A stretch of DNA of 64,000 nt from an uncultured Pseudomonadota bacterium (GTDB lineage: Bacteria; Pseudomonadota; Alphaproteobacteria; Rs-D84), in contig CASEJM010000015.1 in the NCBI GenBank assembly GCA_949288265.1, positions 2,052 through 66,051 of the forward strand. Reading direction: 5' to 3'. Below the pieces are notes generated by a model. It saw only the letters and a program-made list of their open reading frames with translations. It searched no databases and was not told where the DNA came from. Positions 38,545-48,433 of this stretch are shown one piece after another; position 1 is the stretch's first letter; every line of letters begins with the position of its first letter. The translations under genes were made by a program, and so were the position numbers.

Positions 38545-40550
38545 AAAAGTTTAACCCCATTTTAATAGCTTGTCTTATACCTGCTGCAAGTACAGCAGCC
38601 ACTCTTGACATAGAAACGCCAAAAACGATTACGTCAGAAAAAATCGTATATAACGTAAAGACAGAAACCATACAAACTTCTGGTGAAACAGAAATTGTAA
38701 ATCAGACAGGTCAACGTATGACTTTGACGGATTCATATCTATCCCAGAATGGCAAATCTTTGTCTGGTGATGATATAAAGTTATGGTTGGGTGATCATGT
38801 GTATGTAGAATCTGACAACGTCGTACACGAAGGTGATAAAACCATAGCTTATAAAGCGATGTTTACAGCCTGTGATGACTGTGACGCATATGGGGATGCG
38901 TGGGAAATTCGCGCTTCTAAAATCATCCATAACATGGATGAACATATGTTATTATTTTTTAACCCAGTATTATGGACTTATAACGTACCTGTATTTTGGT
39001 TGCCTTTTTATGAAATGCCAGATCCAAGCGTTAAATATAAAACAGGTTTTTTAATGCCGGACTTTGGTTCAACTAATAAAATGGGTACTCAAATAAACGT
39101 GCCATTCTACGTCAATTTTTCTGACACTCACGATTTAACGTTTACAACATCGTATTTGACCCAGGAAAATCCATTATTCCAAATTGAACATAGACTAAAC
39201 TTAGACCACTCTGAATATCGCACACACGGTGCATTTACACACAACCGTTTGGGTGAAAACCGCTGGTATATATTTAATAACGACGTAATAGAGTTAGGTG
39301 AATATACACGAGCTACAGTTTTCTTAGAAAGAGCATCTGATAAAACGTTTATGCAGAAATACGGTTTTTATGATGATCAGCCATATTTGGATTCTGGGGC
39401 TAAAATAGAAGTTTTCGGACAGTCAAGTTACGTAGTTGCTGACGCACATATATTCCAAGAATTACGTCGTTCTACTGGTATATACGCATCTCCGTCGGGT
39501 AATATTTTACCAAACATACGGGGAACTTATCAAACAGCACCAATATTTAAAGAAACATATCTTGTATTTGATGCCGATATGTTAGGTATATCTGGTGACG
39601 GAACATCTTCACAGCGCTTAATCGGCGACGCAAGAATTGTATCCCCATGGACTTTGTGGGGTGGAAATAGAATAACCGCAAGTTTATCGGCTCGGTACGA
39701 TATATATAACTTTAATAATACTGAAATGGTTGATACGTCAGAATTTTCTGGTTTCAAAGATCGTTTCTTACCAAGTGGATACGTAGAATGGGGATTGCCT
39801 CTTTTTAAGACAACCACTAATTGGACCCAGATTATAGAACCTAAAGCGCGAATGACCATTATGCGAAAGACGGATGAGGAGCAATTTGCGTTAAACAATG
39901 ATTCTTCTGGTGCTTTTTTATCAGATACAACACTATTTTCTGACAACCGCTTTGCGGGTTTAGACCTTTGGGAAAACGGAACTTATGCAGATTATGGTAT
40001 AAGGTATTCTGCGTTCAATACCAAAGGAAAAATGTTCGAGTTATTTTTAGGGCAAACTTATGACTTTTATGATAGAGCAGACACAAACCCTAACAGCGGC
40101 TTTAATAACGGCGCATCAGATTACGTTGGAAGAATAAGTTATAATAATACAAAATGGTTAAGTATAACTTCTCGTTTTAGACTTAACGAAGAAAATCTTT
40201 CTTTACGCCACTTAGAAACATCTGCATATTTATGGAAATCGAAAAATTTCTTAAACATAGGGCATATATGGTCTCAAAATTTAGATGAAAACACTACCGG
40301 TGAAGATATAAATGAAATAAAAGCAGGTATAGGATTACAAATTACAGAACGTTGGTCCATACGTTTTAATGCAGTTTATAACGCAACGTTTGATAGGTTT
40401 CAACGTCACACTGGTGGTATATTCTATACCCACCCTTGTTATTATCTATCTTTACAATACCGTCTTGATAATACGAATAAGTATGATTACGTTGGTAACA
40501 CAACATTCCAATTTAAATTTGGAATGACTATCAATGGTCAACGGTATTAA
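38541..40550 (+). CDS. lptD: LPS-assembly outer-membrane protein LptD (OstA/Imp)
   Basis: Signal peptide, an OstA-like N-terminal domain and a large C-terminal beta-barrel ending with an aromatic residue (...NGQRY). ATGA overlap with lptF/G. Confidence 0.8.
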   Translation: MKKFNPILIACLIPAASTAATLDIETPKTITSEKIVYNVKTETIQTSGETEIVNQTGQRMTLTDSYLSQNGKSLSGDDIKLWLGDHVYVESDNVVHEGDKTIAYKAMFTACDDCDAYGDAWEIRASKIIHNMDEHMLLFFNPVLWTYNVPVFWLPFYEMPDPSVKYKTGFLMPDFGSTNKMGTQINVPFYVNFSDTHDLTFTTSYLTQENPLFQIEHRLNLDHSEYRTHGAFTHNRLGENRWYIFNNDVIELGEYTRATVFLERASDKTFMQKYGFYDDQPYLDSGAKIEVFGQSSYVVADAHIFQELRRSTGIYASPSGNILPNIRGTYQTAPIFKETYLVFDADMLGISGDGTSSQRLIGDARIVSPWTLWGGNRITASLSARYDIYNFNNTEMVDTSEFSGFKDRFLPSGYVEWGLPLFKTTTNWTQIIEPKARMTIMRKTDEEQFALNNDSSGAFLSDTTLFSDNRFAGLDLWENGTYADYGIRYSAFNTKGKMFELFLGQTYDFYDRADTNPNSGFNNGASDYVGRISYNNTKWLSITSRFRLNEENLSLRHLETSAYLWKSKNFLNIGHIWSQNLDENTTGEDINEIKAGIGLQITERWSIRFNAVYNATFDRFQRHTGGIFYTHPCYYLSLQYRLDNTNKYDYVGNTTFQFKFGMTINGQRY

Positions 40551-41389
40551 TGAAAAGGAAAAACAATATGAAAAAAATATTCATTACAATGTTTTTGCTT
40601 ACTTTTGTACTTCCTGCTGATGCCGCATCAGTTATAGCATCTATAAACGGGACTCCGATAACAGATGCCGATATAACAGCGCGCACAACGTTAATGGCTA
40701 AACAAGGTAAAGCGTCAACGGATAATCGCCGTATTGCTTTACAGAACATAATTGATGACAGCGTAAAATTATCTTACGCACAAAATTTTAATGCCGTACC
40801 AGACGACGAAACTGTTGAAAAAGAACTAAAGAAAATGAATCTTGGCGAATTATCTGAAACAGAAAAGGCTATGGCCTTATCTGCAATTAAAGCAGAAATT
40901 GCTTGGCAGATAATAGTTGCCAGAACGATTCTTCCAACAGTTGATATTACAGATGCAGAAATTGCAAAAGAACGGGCTGAAATTGCAAAAGAACAGGGAC
41001 TACCAATAGAAACGACTTTAATCCGTCTTATTGACATTCCCGTAGAAATAGCAACAAGCTTAAAAAAACCAAATAGTTGTGATGAAGCTATGCAAATTGC
41101 CAAAGATTTGGGGGGTGCCCCACAAAAATTCACAGCATTACAATATGAATTGGCTCCGGATATTCGTGAACGTATTGCAAATCTACCGCTTCTTACTTGG
41201 TCACCTGTTGTAAACCGGTCTGTTTTACTTGTTTGTGAAAACAAAAAGACATCAGAATACGGAAAGCTAGACGACATGATAAAACAAAATGCGCTGTTTA
41301 AACAAGCAATGTTCATAGCAGACCAACAATTAAAACAACTACGTAGGAAGGCCGTTGTTGTAATAAACGATGATAGATATAAATTATGA
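40550..41389 (+). CDS. surA: SurA-like periplasmic chaperone (SurA N-terminal domain only, no obvious parvulin domain)
   Basis: Signal peptide. SurA_N-like SVIASINGTPITDADI. Position downstream of lptD matches the lptD-surA synteny. Its start overlaps the lptD stop (TAATG). Confidence 0.55.
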   Translation: MKRKNNMKKIFITMFLLTFVLPADAASVIASINGTPITDADITARTTLMAKQGKASTDNRRIALQNIIDDSVKLSYAQNFNAVPDDETVEKELKKMNLGELSETEKAMALSAIKAEIAWQIIVARTILPTVDITDAEIAKERAEIAKEQGLPIETTLIRLIDIPVEIATSLKKPNSCDEAMQIAKDLGGAPQKFTALQYELAPDIRERIANLPLLTWSPVVNRSVLLVCENKKTSEYGKLDDMIKQNALFKQAMFIADQQLKQLRRKAVVVINDDRYKL

Positions 41390-42492
41390 AACCTATATTA
41401 TTTAATTTAACAGACGCTGAACTAACGGATTTCATAACGAAACTTGACCAACCTAAGTTTCGAGCAAAGCAAATTCGCGAATGGTTAAATCGCGGTGCGC
41501 CAGATTTTAAATCGATGAAAAATCTTCCGGAAAAACTTCGTACAGATTTAGATGCTTCTGCAAGAACTTTGCCTGTTCAAATAATAAAAAAATTAGAATC
41601 ATCAGACGGTCAGACAACAAAATTTTTATTAGAATTAAACGATTGTGAACAAATTGAATGTGTATTAATGCGTACAAGCTATGGTAATAGCGTCTGCGTT
41701 AGCTCTCAAGCAGGATGCGCGATGGGTTGTAAATTCTGTGCCAGTACATTGTTAGGTCTAAAAAGAAATTTAACTGTAAACGAAATTTATTCTCAAATTT
41801 TGGTTGCTCAATGGGAATTACGAAATGACAAGCTTTCGGACAACCATATACGACCTAATGGTGACGCAAATAACGGTGATGTTTCTCACATTGTTATAAT
41901 GGGGACTGGTGAACCTTTGCAAAACCTAGAAAACGTTATCGGTTTTATAGAACGAGCCAATTCGGAAATGGGTATAGGATGGCGTAAAATAACCGTTTCT
42001 ACGTGCGGAATTGTTCCGGGAATAAAGGAATTGACAAAATGGGGGCGACCGATAAACCTGGCAATATCGTTACACGCTCCGACGAACGAATTACGCAGTC
42101 ATATTATGCCTATAAACAATAAATATAAATTAGACGAAGTACTAGATGCAGCATTTGAATTTTCTGCCCTACACAATCGTCAATTAATGATTGAATACAT
42201 ATTACTTGGCAAAAAGAATTCTTCTGGCGAAACAGAACTGTTTAATTGTGATGCAGAATATGCAAAAAAACTGTCCGATCTATTAAAGGGTAAGAATTGT
42301 ATGGTGAACTTAATCCCCTGGAACGCGGTTGATGAACGTGATTTTGCTTCACCTTCTGGAAATGCCGTTCACAATTTTCAAGACATTCTTATCAAAAACG
42401 GGATACACACCAGAATAAGACGCGAACGTGGGCAGGATATAGGGAGTGCATGCGGTCAATTACGTTTAAATAATGCAAAAGGAATAAAATGA
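41386..42492 (+). CDS. rlmN: 23S rRNA/tRNA m2A methyltransferase RlmN (radical SAM)
   Basis: CxxxCxxC radical-SAM cluster (CAMGCKFCAS) and the C-terminal motif GSACGQL. Confidence 0.9.
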   Translation: MKPILFNLTDAELTDFITKLDQPKFRAKQIREWLNRGAPDFKSMKNLPEKLRTDLDASARTLPVQIIKKLESSDGQTTKFLLELNDCEQIECVLMRTSYGNSVCVSSQAGCAMGCKFCASTLLGLKRNLTVNEIYSQILVAQWELRNDKLSDNHIRPNGDANNGDVSHIVIMGTGEPLQNLENVIGFIERANSEMGIGWRKITVSTCGIVPGIKELTKWGRPINLAISLHAPTNELRSHIMPINNKYKLDEVLDAAFEFSALHNRQLMIEYILLGKKNSSGETELFNCDAEYAKKLSDLLKGKNCMVNLIPWNAVDERDFASPSGNAVHNFQDILIKNGIHTRIRRERGQDIGSACGQLRLNNAKGIK

Positions 42493-43232
42493 GACTACGT
42501 TACATAACCTGTTCAGACCCAAGAGAAACCGTTGCCGTAGAAGCAGTGTTACGATTATCTCAAACTGCACCGATTGTAGAAATAGCCGTACAGGCACACC
42601 CATCTAAAATGTCGGACGGTATGCCACGTAACCAATGGTTTAATAGACTTTTAAAAGAAAGTTTATATATGCCAAAGGCCCCAAATCTGGCAGTTCATGT
42701 AAACATGGAATGGTGTGATAATTTCTGCCAAGGAATCTTGGCACCAGAGATAAAAAATTGGTTATCATTAACTCGTACAGACGGTACCCCAGTAATATGT
42801 CGCTGGCAAATAAATGTTTATGGCAGTAAAACTAAAATTTTTAATCCAGAAGAAATCGCTAAATTATTAAAATCATTTTCTGATAACGAGTTTATTTTTC
42901 AATATGGACCATCAGAATGCTATAACATAAAGCGTTTAAATGAAACGGAATCAAATTTCTCGTTATTATATGATGTATCTTGCGGTACGGGAAAAACAAA
43001 CAAAAATTGGGCTGCGCCTTTATATAAAAATCACCCCCAGGGTTATGCAGGCGGTTTGTCACCAGAAAACGTTACGGAAAACCTTGATAAAATCAATCAC
43101 GTTACCAAAGATAGAACAGACGTATGGATTGACGCAGAAAGTAAACTAAAAAATCCCGAAACAAAAAAATTTGATATAAATAGGGCTAAACAATACATAA
43201 ACGCCGCCTTAAAATGGCAAAATTCTAAATAA
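42489..43232 (+). CDS. Phosphoribosylanthranilate isomerase (TrpF)-like TIM-barrel protein, paralog 1
   Basis: N-terminus M(K/R)LRYITCS, cf. TrpF MxVKICGIT. C-terminus LLYDVSCGTGKTNKNW...YAGGLSPENV...VWIDAESKLK...KFDINRAKQYI parallels TrpF LLDTKTPEYGGSGKTFDW...LSGGLNPENV...AVDVSSGVE...KDxxKIxxFI. ATGA overlap with the rlmN stop. Confidence 0.55.
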   Translation: MRLRYITCSDPRETVAVEAVLRLSQTAPIVEIAVQAHPSKMSDGMPRNQWFNRLLKESLYMPKAPNLAVHVNMEWCDNFCQGILAPEIKNWLSLTRTDGTPVICRWQINVYGSKTKIFNPEEIAKLLKSFSDNEFIFQYGPSECYNIKRLNETESNFSLLYDVSCGTGKTNKNWAAPLYKNHPQGYAGGLSPENVTENLDKINHVTKDRTDVWIDAESKLKNPETKKFDINRAKQYINAALKWQNSK

Positions 43233-43246
43233 TAAAAGGGTAATAA

Positions 43247-43999
43247 ATGAAATTACGTTATATAACTTGTTCTGACATAAGAGAAAATATTCCAGAATAC
43301 AAAGTTATTGACTTACTAAAAACATCGGAAAAAGTGGAACTTGGCATACAAGCCCACAGCCCAAATATGAATAAAAACATGCCCAGAAATATTTGGTTAA
43401 ATAAATTACTGAATACATCAGATATAAATACTTTTCCATTAAACATTGCCATTCACGTAAATTACGATTGGTGTTCTGATTTCTGTATGGGGAATATCCC
43501 AGAAGAATTAAAGTATTTATTAAACTTTAGACATACTTCAACTGGTAAACCAATAATAAAACGTTGGCAATTAAACATAGGTGACGGAACTATAATACCA
43601 AACGCCAAAACTGTATCTAATATAATAAAATCTTACCCCTATCAAGAATTTATATTTCCTTACAACGAAAAACCAGATTTACGAAATTTCATACATGAAC
43701 TTAACGACACCGGGGTAAGTTTTTCTTTACTATTTGATTCTTCTTATGGTGCAGGCATCGCCCCTTCATCTTGGAATGCTCCAATATATAAAAATCACCC
43801 CCAGGGTTATGCAGGCGGTTTATCGCCAGAAAACGTTACGGAAAACCTTGATAAAATCAATCGCGTTACCAAAGATAGAACAGACGTATGGATTGACGCA
43901 GAGGGACGGTTGATGAAACCAGGAACCAGAATTTTTGATATAGATCGCGCAAAAGAATATATAAAAAAAGCCTTAAATTGGGAACAAAAGCAAAAATAA
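43247..43999 (+). CDS. TrpF/PRAI-like TIM-barrel protein, paralog 2
   Basis: Same motifs as paralog 1. About 45% amino-acid identity overall, but a 119-nt tract of about 97% identity (43785-43903 vs 43021-43139). Confidence 0.55.
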   Translation: MKLRYITCSDIRENIPEYKVIDLLKTSEKVELGIQAHSPNMNKNMPRNIWLNKLLNTSDINTFPLNIAIHVNYDWCSDFCMGNIPEELKYLLNFRHTSTGKPIIKRWQLNIGDGTIIPNAKTVSNIIKSYPYQEFIFPYNEKPDLRNFIHELNDTGVSFSLLFDSSYGAGIAPSSWNAPIYKNHPQGYAGGLSPENVTENLDKINRVTKDRTDVWIDAEGRLMKPGTRIFDIDRAKEYIKKALNWEQKQK

Positions 44000-44022
44000 A
44001 AACCCGCATAAGCGGGTTTTTT

Positions 44023-44670
44023 TTACTTATTAGGAATAATTTTGATTTCAACACGGCGGTTTTGCTGACGTCCTTCAGCAGTAGAATTAGAAGCAATCGG
44101 ATTTGAAGAACCTAAGCCCATAATTTCAAACCGAGATGACTTTACACCCTGCCCCTGTAAATATGCCGCGACTGCATTAGCACGTTGCTGAGACAATGTT
44201 TGATTATATTCTGCAGTACCAGTACTATCTGTATAACCTAAAACCATTACCGTAGAATTATCATATTTATTTAATACCTTGGCCACAGAATTTAGCGTAG
44301 CATAGAAACCCGCGTTTATATCAGAAGAATCTGTCTTAAATGTTATATTTCCAGGCATTATTAAACGTATGCTATCACCATCACGAACAACGCTTACACC
44401 TGTTGAAGCCAATTCTTGGCGCAATTCTGCTTCTTGTACGTCCAGATAATACCCCACGCCTGTACCAACAGCCGCCCCAGCAAGCCCACCAACAAGTGCC
44501 CCTGCACCACTATTTTTTGCAACCAAAGCACCCGTTGCAGCACCTGTTGCAGCACCAATAGCAGTACCCCATACAGCTTTTGAAGTTTGCGCCTCACCAG
44601 TATATGGATTAACAGTTGCACAGGCACTTAACATAGAAATAATCGCGATAAAAGCAAAAATTTTTTTCAT
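44023..44670 (-). CDS. OmpA-family lipoprotein with a glycine-zipper region (YiaD-like)
   Basis: Lipobox MLSAC. Gly-zipper GTAIGAATGAATGALVAKNSGAGALVGGLAGAAVG. C-terminal OmpA_C motif (GYTDSTG...NRRVEIKI). Confidence 0.7.
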   Translation of the reverse strand: MKKIFAFIAIISMLSACATVNPYTGEAQTSKAVWGTAIGAATGAATGALVAKNSGAGALVGGLAGAAVGTGVGYYLDVQEAELRQELASTGVSVVRDGDSIRLIMPGNITFKTDSSDINAGFYATLNSVAKVLNKYDNSTVMVLGYTDSTGTAEYNQTLSQQRANAVAAYLQGQGVKSSRFEIMGLGSSNPIASNSTAEGRQQNRRVEIKIIPNK

Positions 44671-44829
44671 ATAAATACTCCTTTCTTACAGTAAGCTCAT
44701 TATAAACACAATAAAAACGAAGCGCAACAAAAGACAACGAAGTTATTATCTATGATCATTGACAACATATATAAATTTGTACTAACATAAACGCATAAAT
44801 CTTAAAGATAAAATTTCTTAAATTTTAAT

Positions 44830-45594
44830 TTGAAAAGGCAAAACATGAAATTACGTTATATAACTTGTTCCGGTGCAAATGAAAAAACCCCGTATAAAGA
44901 TTTAATAGAATTAAGCAATTTATCAAAACTAGTAGAAATTGGAATTGCCGCCAATTCTAACATAATGAAAAAAACGACCCCACAATATGATTGGTTTGAA
45001 GAACTATTAAATACCGAAGAAGCTTCCAATATGAATTTATCAATGCACATCAACAACGATTGGTGCGTTGATTTATGCAACGGTAAAATGGTACCTGAAA
45101 TAGAAAAATTGTTAAATATTTGTAATAAAAAAAGAAATCCTGCCATACGACGCTGGCAATTAAATATCAGCAATCATATGAATCTACAAGACATAAGTCA
45201 TATACAATCATTAATAAAATCTTACCCAGAACAAGAATTTATATTTTCTTTTAATAATGGTCCTATTGTCATGTCATTTTTAAAGAAACTATCTAAAACA
45301 AATACCCGTTTTTCCTTACTATATGATTCATCTTATGGCAGCGGTCGCAATCCTCAAAATTGGGAAGGTCCCTATTTCCCTGGTCGCGATCATGGTTATT
45401 CTGGTGGTCTATGCGGTGAGAATGTATATAAAAATCTAGAAAACATATCTTACGTAGTACCGACTTTATATAATACTTGGATTGACGCAGAATATAAATT
45501 AAAGACTCCCAACACAACAAACTTTGACTTATTGCTTGCAAAAGATTATGTAGAAAAAGCCCTTGCATGGCAAAACAAATATATTTCGCATTAA
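44830..45594 (+). CDS. TrpF/PRAI-like TIM-barrel protein, paralog 3 (most divergent)
   Basis: MKLRYITCS N-terminus after a 5-aa extension. Conserved SLLYDSSYGSG...YSGGLCGENV...TWIDAEYKLK. AAAGG Shine-Dalgarno before the ATG at 44830. Confidence 0.5.
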   Translation: MKRQNMKLRYITCSGANEKTPYKDLIELSNLSKLVEIGIAANSNIMKKTTPQYDWFEELLNTEEASNMNLSMHINNDWCVDLCNGKMVPEIEKLLNICNKKRNPAIRRWQLNISNHMNLQDISHIQSLIKSYPEQEFIFSFNNGPIVMSFLKKLSKTNTRFSLLYDSSYGSGRNPQNWEGPYFPGRDHGYSGGLCGENVYKNLENISYVVPTLYNTWIDAEYKLKTPNTTNFDLLLAKDYVEKALAWQNKYISH

Positions 45595-45600
45595 ATTAAA

Positions 45601-45627
45601 AACCGCCTAAAAAGGCGGTTCTCTTTT
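45601..45627. terminator. Bidirectional terminator (AACCGCC-taaaaa-GGCGGTT + CTCTTTT) between paralog 3 and tRNA-Val
   Basis: Read directly from the sequence. Confidence 0.55.
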
Positions 45628-45629
45628 AC

Positions 45630-45706
45630 TGGTGGATGTTGAGGGACTCAAACCCCCGACCCTCTCGGTGTAAACGAGATGCTCTAATCAACTGAGCTAA
45701 ACATCC
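45630..45706 (-). tRNA. tRNA-Val (anticodon UAC), CCA encoded
   Basis: Reverse complement is GGATGTTTAGCTCAGTTGATTAGAGCATCTCGTTTACACCGAGAGGGTCGGGGGTTTGAGTCCCTCAACATCCACCA. It folds into a 7-bp acceptor stem, a D-arm (GCTC/GAGC), an anticodon stem TCTCG/CGAGA with loop TTTACAC, and a T-arm GGGGG/CCCTC. Confidence 0.85.
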
Positions 45707-45756
45707 GAAACGGTGGGCAAATCATAAATCATTTTTTATGACTTGTCCAGTTTTTT

Positions 45757-46056
45757 TTATTCGGGCATCGGTATACCAGCGGTTGCCTCGCCCATGACAT
45801 CATCAATTAATTTATCTGCTTTTTCTTTTGCGTCATTATATGCCACAGAAATTAAATCAGCCAAACCTTTCGCACCAAGGTTCATAACATCGTCACGTAT
45901 CGTTATATTAGCTAAATCATATTTACCAGTCATATCGATGATAACCGCACCATTATCAGCAATACCTTTTACATGCATTGACGCTAATTTATCTTGTGCT
46001 GCTGTAACTTTATTTTGTAATTCGCTTGCTTGTGCCATTAATGCTTCCATATCCAT
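45757..46056 (-). CDS. ybaB: Nucleoid-associated protein YbaB/EbfC
   Basis: 99 aa with YbaB-family conservation (MxxLMxQAQxxQxKxxxxQxxL...GxAGxGxVxVxMxG). Confidence 0.8.
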   Translation of the reverse strand: MDMEALMAQASELQNKVTAAQDKLASMHVKGIADNGAVIIDMTGKYDLANITIRDDVMNLGAKGLADLISVAYNDAKEKADKLIDDVMGEATAGIPMPE

Positions 46057-46111
46057 TTTAATCTCCGTATTCCCTAAAAGCGCCCCAACACAAGGGCGCT
46101 TTTATATACTT

Positions 46112-48292
46112 TTATTTTTCTATTTCTTTACCAGTTTTTTGATCTATACCAACCATTGACATACGTGTTTTACCACGTTTATCGGCCCCCAGGTACTTTA
46201 CAAATACCTTATCGCCTTCTTTGATCTTAGTATCTTCAATCTTTGCGATTCGATCCCCTGTAATTTCTGAAATATGAACCATAGATTCAAAACCATTCAG
46301 GATTTTTACGAACAACCCAAAGTCTTTTACACCAGATACAACCCCCGGGTAAATAACGCCAACTTCTGGTTCTGCGACTATTTCTTTAATGCGAGCCATT
46401 GCAGCATCAGCATCTTCTTTTGAAGTCGCCATAATTTTTATTGAACCATCGTCTTCTAGATCAATTTGTGTATTCGTTTCGCGTGTTAATGCCTGAATTA
46501 CAGCCCCACCCTTACCGATTACCTCACGTACCTTATCTGGATTGATTTTCATCGTATAAGCTTGCGGTGCAAATTCAGAGACATGCTTACGTGGTGCCTT
46601 AATAGCTTTTTCAATCTTACCTAAGATGTGCATACGACCATCTTTTGCCTGAGCCAGCGCATGTTGCATTATCTCAAATGTGATAGAAGTAATTTTAATA
46701 TCCATCTGTAATGCCGTGATACCACGATCCGTACCAGTTACTTTAAAGTCCATATCACCTAAGTGATCTTCATCCCCTAAAATATCCGTCAGAATGGCAT
46801 AATCATCACCTTCTTTAATTAATCCCATTGCAATACCTGCAACTGGGCGCTTTAAAGGAACGCCACCGTCCATCATCGCCAAAGTCGCCCCACAAGTAGT
46901 AGCCATTGACGAAGAACCATTAGATTCTAGAATATCTGATACTACGCGAATTACATAATCAAATTCAGAACGCGCAGGAACCATTGGGTGTAAAGCACGC
47001 CATGCCAAATTACCGTGCCCAATTTCACGACGTCCCGGTGACTTTAACCCCTTACATTCACCAACAGAATAACCTGGGAAGTTATAATTTAAAATGAAAT
47101 CGCGCTCTTCATCACCATCCAAAGACTCAATCGGCAAAGCGTCTTTCCCGCCACCAAGCGTCAATGATACCAAAGCTTGTGTTTCACCACGAGTAAATAA
47201 CGCAGAACCATGTGCCCGCGGTAAAACTCCTAATTCAATTTCAATCGGACGAACTGTTTTATTATCACGTCCATCAATACGTGGTTTTCCAGCTAAAATG
47301 TTACCGCGCATTATACGCGCCGTCAACCCTTCGACAATTTCATCAGCCCAAGATTCTAATGTAGAAACCGCAGTTACAGTTTCTGGAAATAATTCAGGTA
47401 TACGAGCCTTTGCTTCAGCATGAATATTCCCCAAAGTTTCTAAACGGACTAATTTTTCTTTAATTTGCAACGCAGCTTCAATCTGGTCAGAAAAAGACTC
47501 AAAATTCTGCTCCATTGCGATATATTCTTCTGACTTTTCTGGAACAGCCCAACGTTCTTTACCTGCTTTTTCAGTCAATTCATTAATTGCTTTAATTACA
47601 TCCTGTTGAGCATCGAAACCAAATTTTACAGCCCCCAAAGTTGTTTCTTCGTCCAATTCACCGATTTCAGATTCAACCATTAAAACACCGTCTTTAGTTG
47701 CCGCAACGACTAAATCCATTTCTGAATCTTCTGTCGCTTTTTTAGACGGATTTAAAATATATTTACCATCGGCATAACCGACACGCGCCGCCCCAATAGG
47801 CCCCGCAAAAGGAACGCCTGATAAAGCCAACGCTGCAGAAGATGCAATCATAGCCAAAATATCAGGTTGATTTTTCTTATCATAAGAAAAAACCTGCGCA
47901 ATAATTTGAACTTTATTTTTAAACGTTTCCGGAAACAGTGGACGAATTGGTCTGTCTATTAAACGAGCAATTAAAGTTTCACCAGTTGATGCCTTTCCTT
48001 CGCGTCTATCACGAGAACCAGGAATACGACCGGCAGAAGCGAATTTTTCTTGATAATCAACTGTTAACGGGAAGAAATCCTGCCCTTCAACCGCCGTTTT
48101 TTCAGCACACACCGTTGCAAGAACCATTGTCCCCCCCAAAGTCGCCAAAACAGAACCATTTGCCTGTTTTGCCATGCGCCCAGTTTCCAGACGCAAAACT
48201 TCGTCACCATAAGGTATTTCAACGGCAACAGGGTTATTCAAATTTGTTTTTTCATCTTTATTAAATAAACCAAATAACATGTATTTCTCCAT
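46112..48292 (-). CDS. pnp: Polynucleotide phosphorylase
   Basis: Two RNase PH domains plus KH and S1 domains; 726 aa. Confidence 0.9.
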   Translation of the reverse strand: MEKYMLFGLFNKDEKTNLNNPVAVEIPYGDEVLRLETGRMAKQANGSVLATLGGTMVLATVCAEKTAVEGQDFFPLTVDYQEKFASAGRIPGSRDRREGKASTGETLIARLIDRPIRPLFPETFKNKVQIIAQVFSYDKKNQPDILAMIASSAALALSGVPFAGPIGAARVGYADGKYILNPSKKATEDSEMDLVVAATKDGVLMVESEIGELDEETTLGAVKFGFDAQQDVIKAINELTEKAGKERWAVPEKSEEYIAMEQNFESFSDQIEAALQIKEKLVRLETLGNIHAEAKARIPELFPETVTAVSTLESWADEIVEGLTARIMRGNILAGKPRIDGRDNKTVRPIEIELGVLPRAHGSALFTRGETQALVSLTLGGGKDALPIESLDGDEERDFILNYNFPGYSVGECKGLKSPGRREIGHGNLAWRALHPMVPARSEFDYVIRVVSDILESNGSSSMATTCGATLAMMDGGVPLKRPVAGIAMGLIKEGDDYAILTDILGDEDHLGDMDFKVTGTDRGITALQMDIKITSITFEIMQHALAQAKDGRMHILGKIEKAIKAPRKHVSEFAPQAYTMKINPDKVREVIGKGGAVIQALTRETNTQIDLEDDGSIKIMATSKEDADAAMARIKEIVAEPEVGVIYPGVVSGVKDFGLFVKILNGFESMVHISEITGDRIAKIEDTKIKEGDKVFVKYLGADKRGKTRMSMVGIDQKTGKEIEK

Positions 48293-48400
48293 TTTTTATT
48301 TTACTAAGCGCGAAGAAAAATCATTCGTTTTTGCATTCTAAAAAAATGCAAGAATGAACAATTTCCCCTTCGCACCTGCTGATTATAAAAGATATTTGTG

Positions 48401-48433
48401 TATTTGCAAATAAAAACCGGCACTTGCCGGTTT
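48401..48433 (-). terminator. rpsO terminator / pnp leader hairpin (AAACCGGCA-ag-TGCCGGTTT)
   Basis: Sits immediately 3' of the rpsO stop on the minus strand and is followed by TTATTT. The rpsO-pnp intergenic hairpin is a known RNase III/attenuation site in E. coli. Confidence 0.55.

Noticed and set aside
44671-44829. Possible promoter TTGACA-N17-TAACAT in the intergenic region upstream of TrpF-like paralog 3
   Set aside because: The -10 is weak and the region is generally AT-rich, where hexamer matches arise by chance; not listed as a feature.
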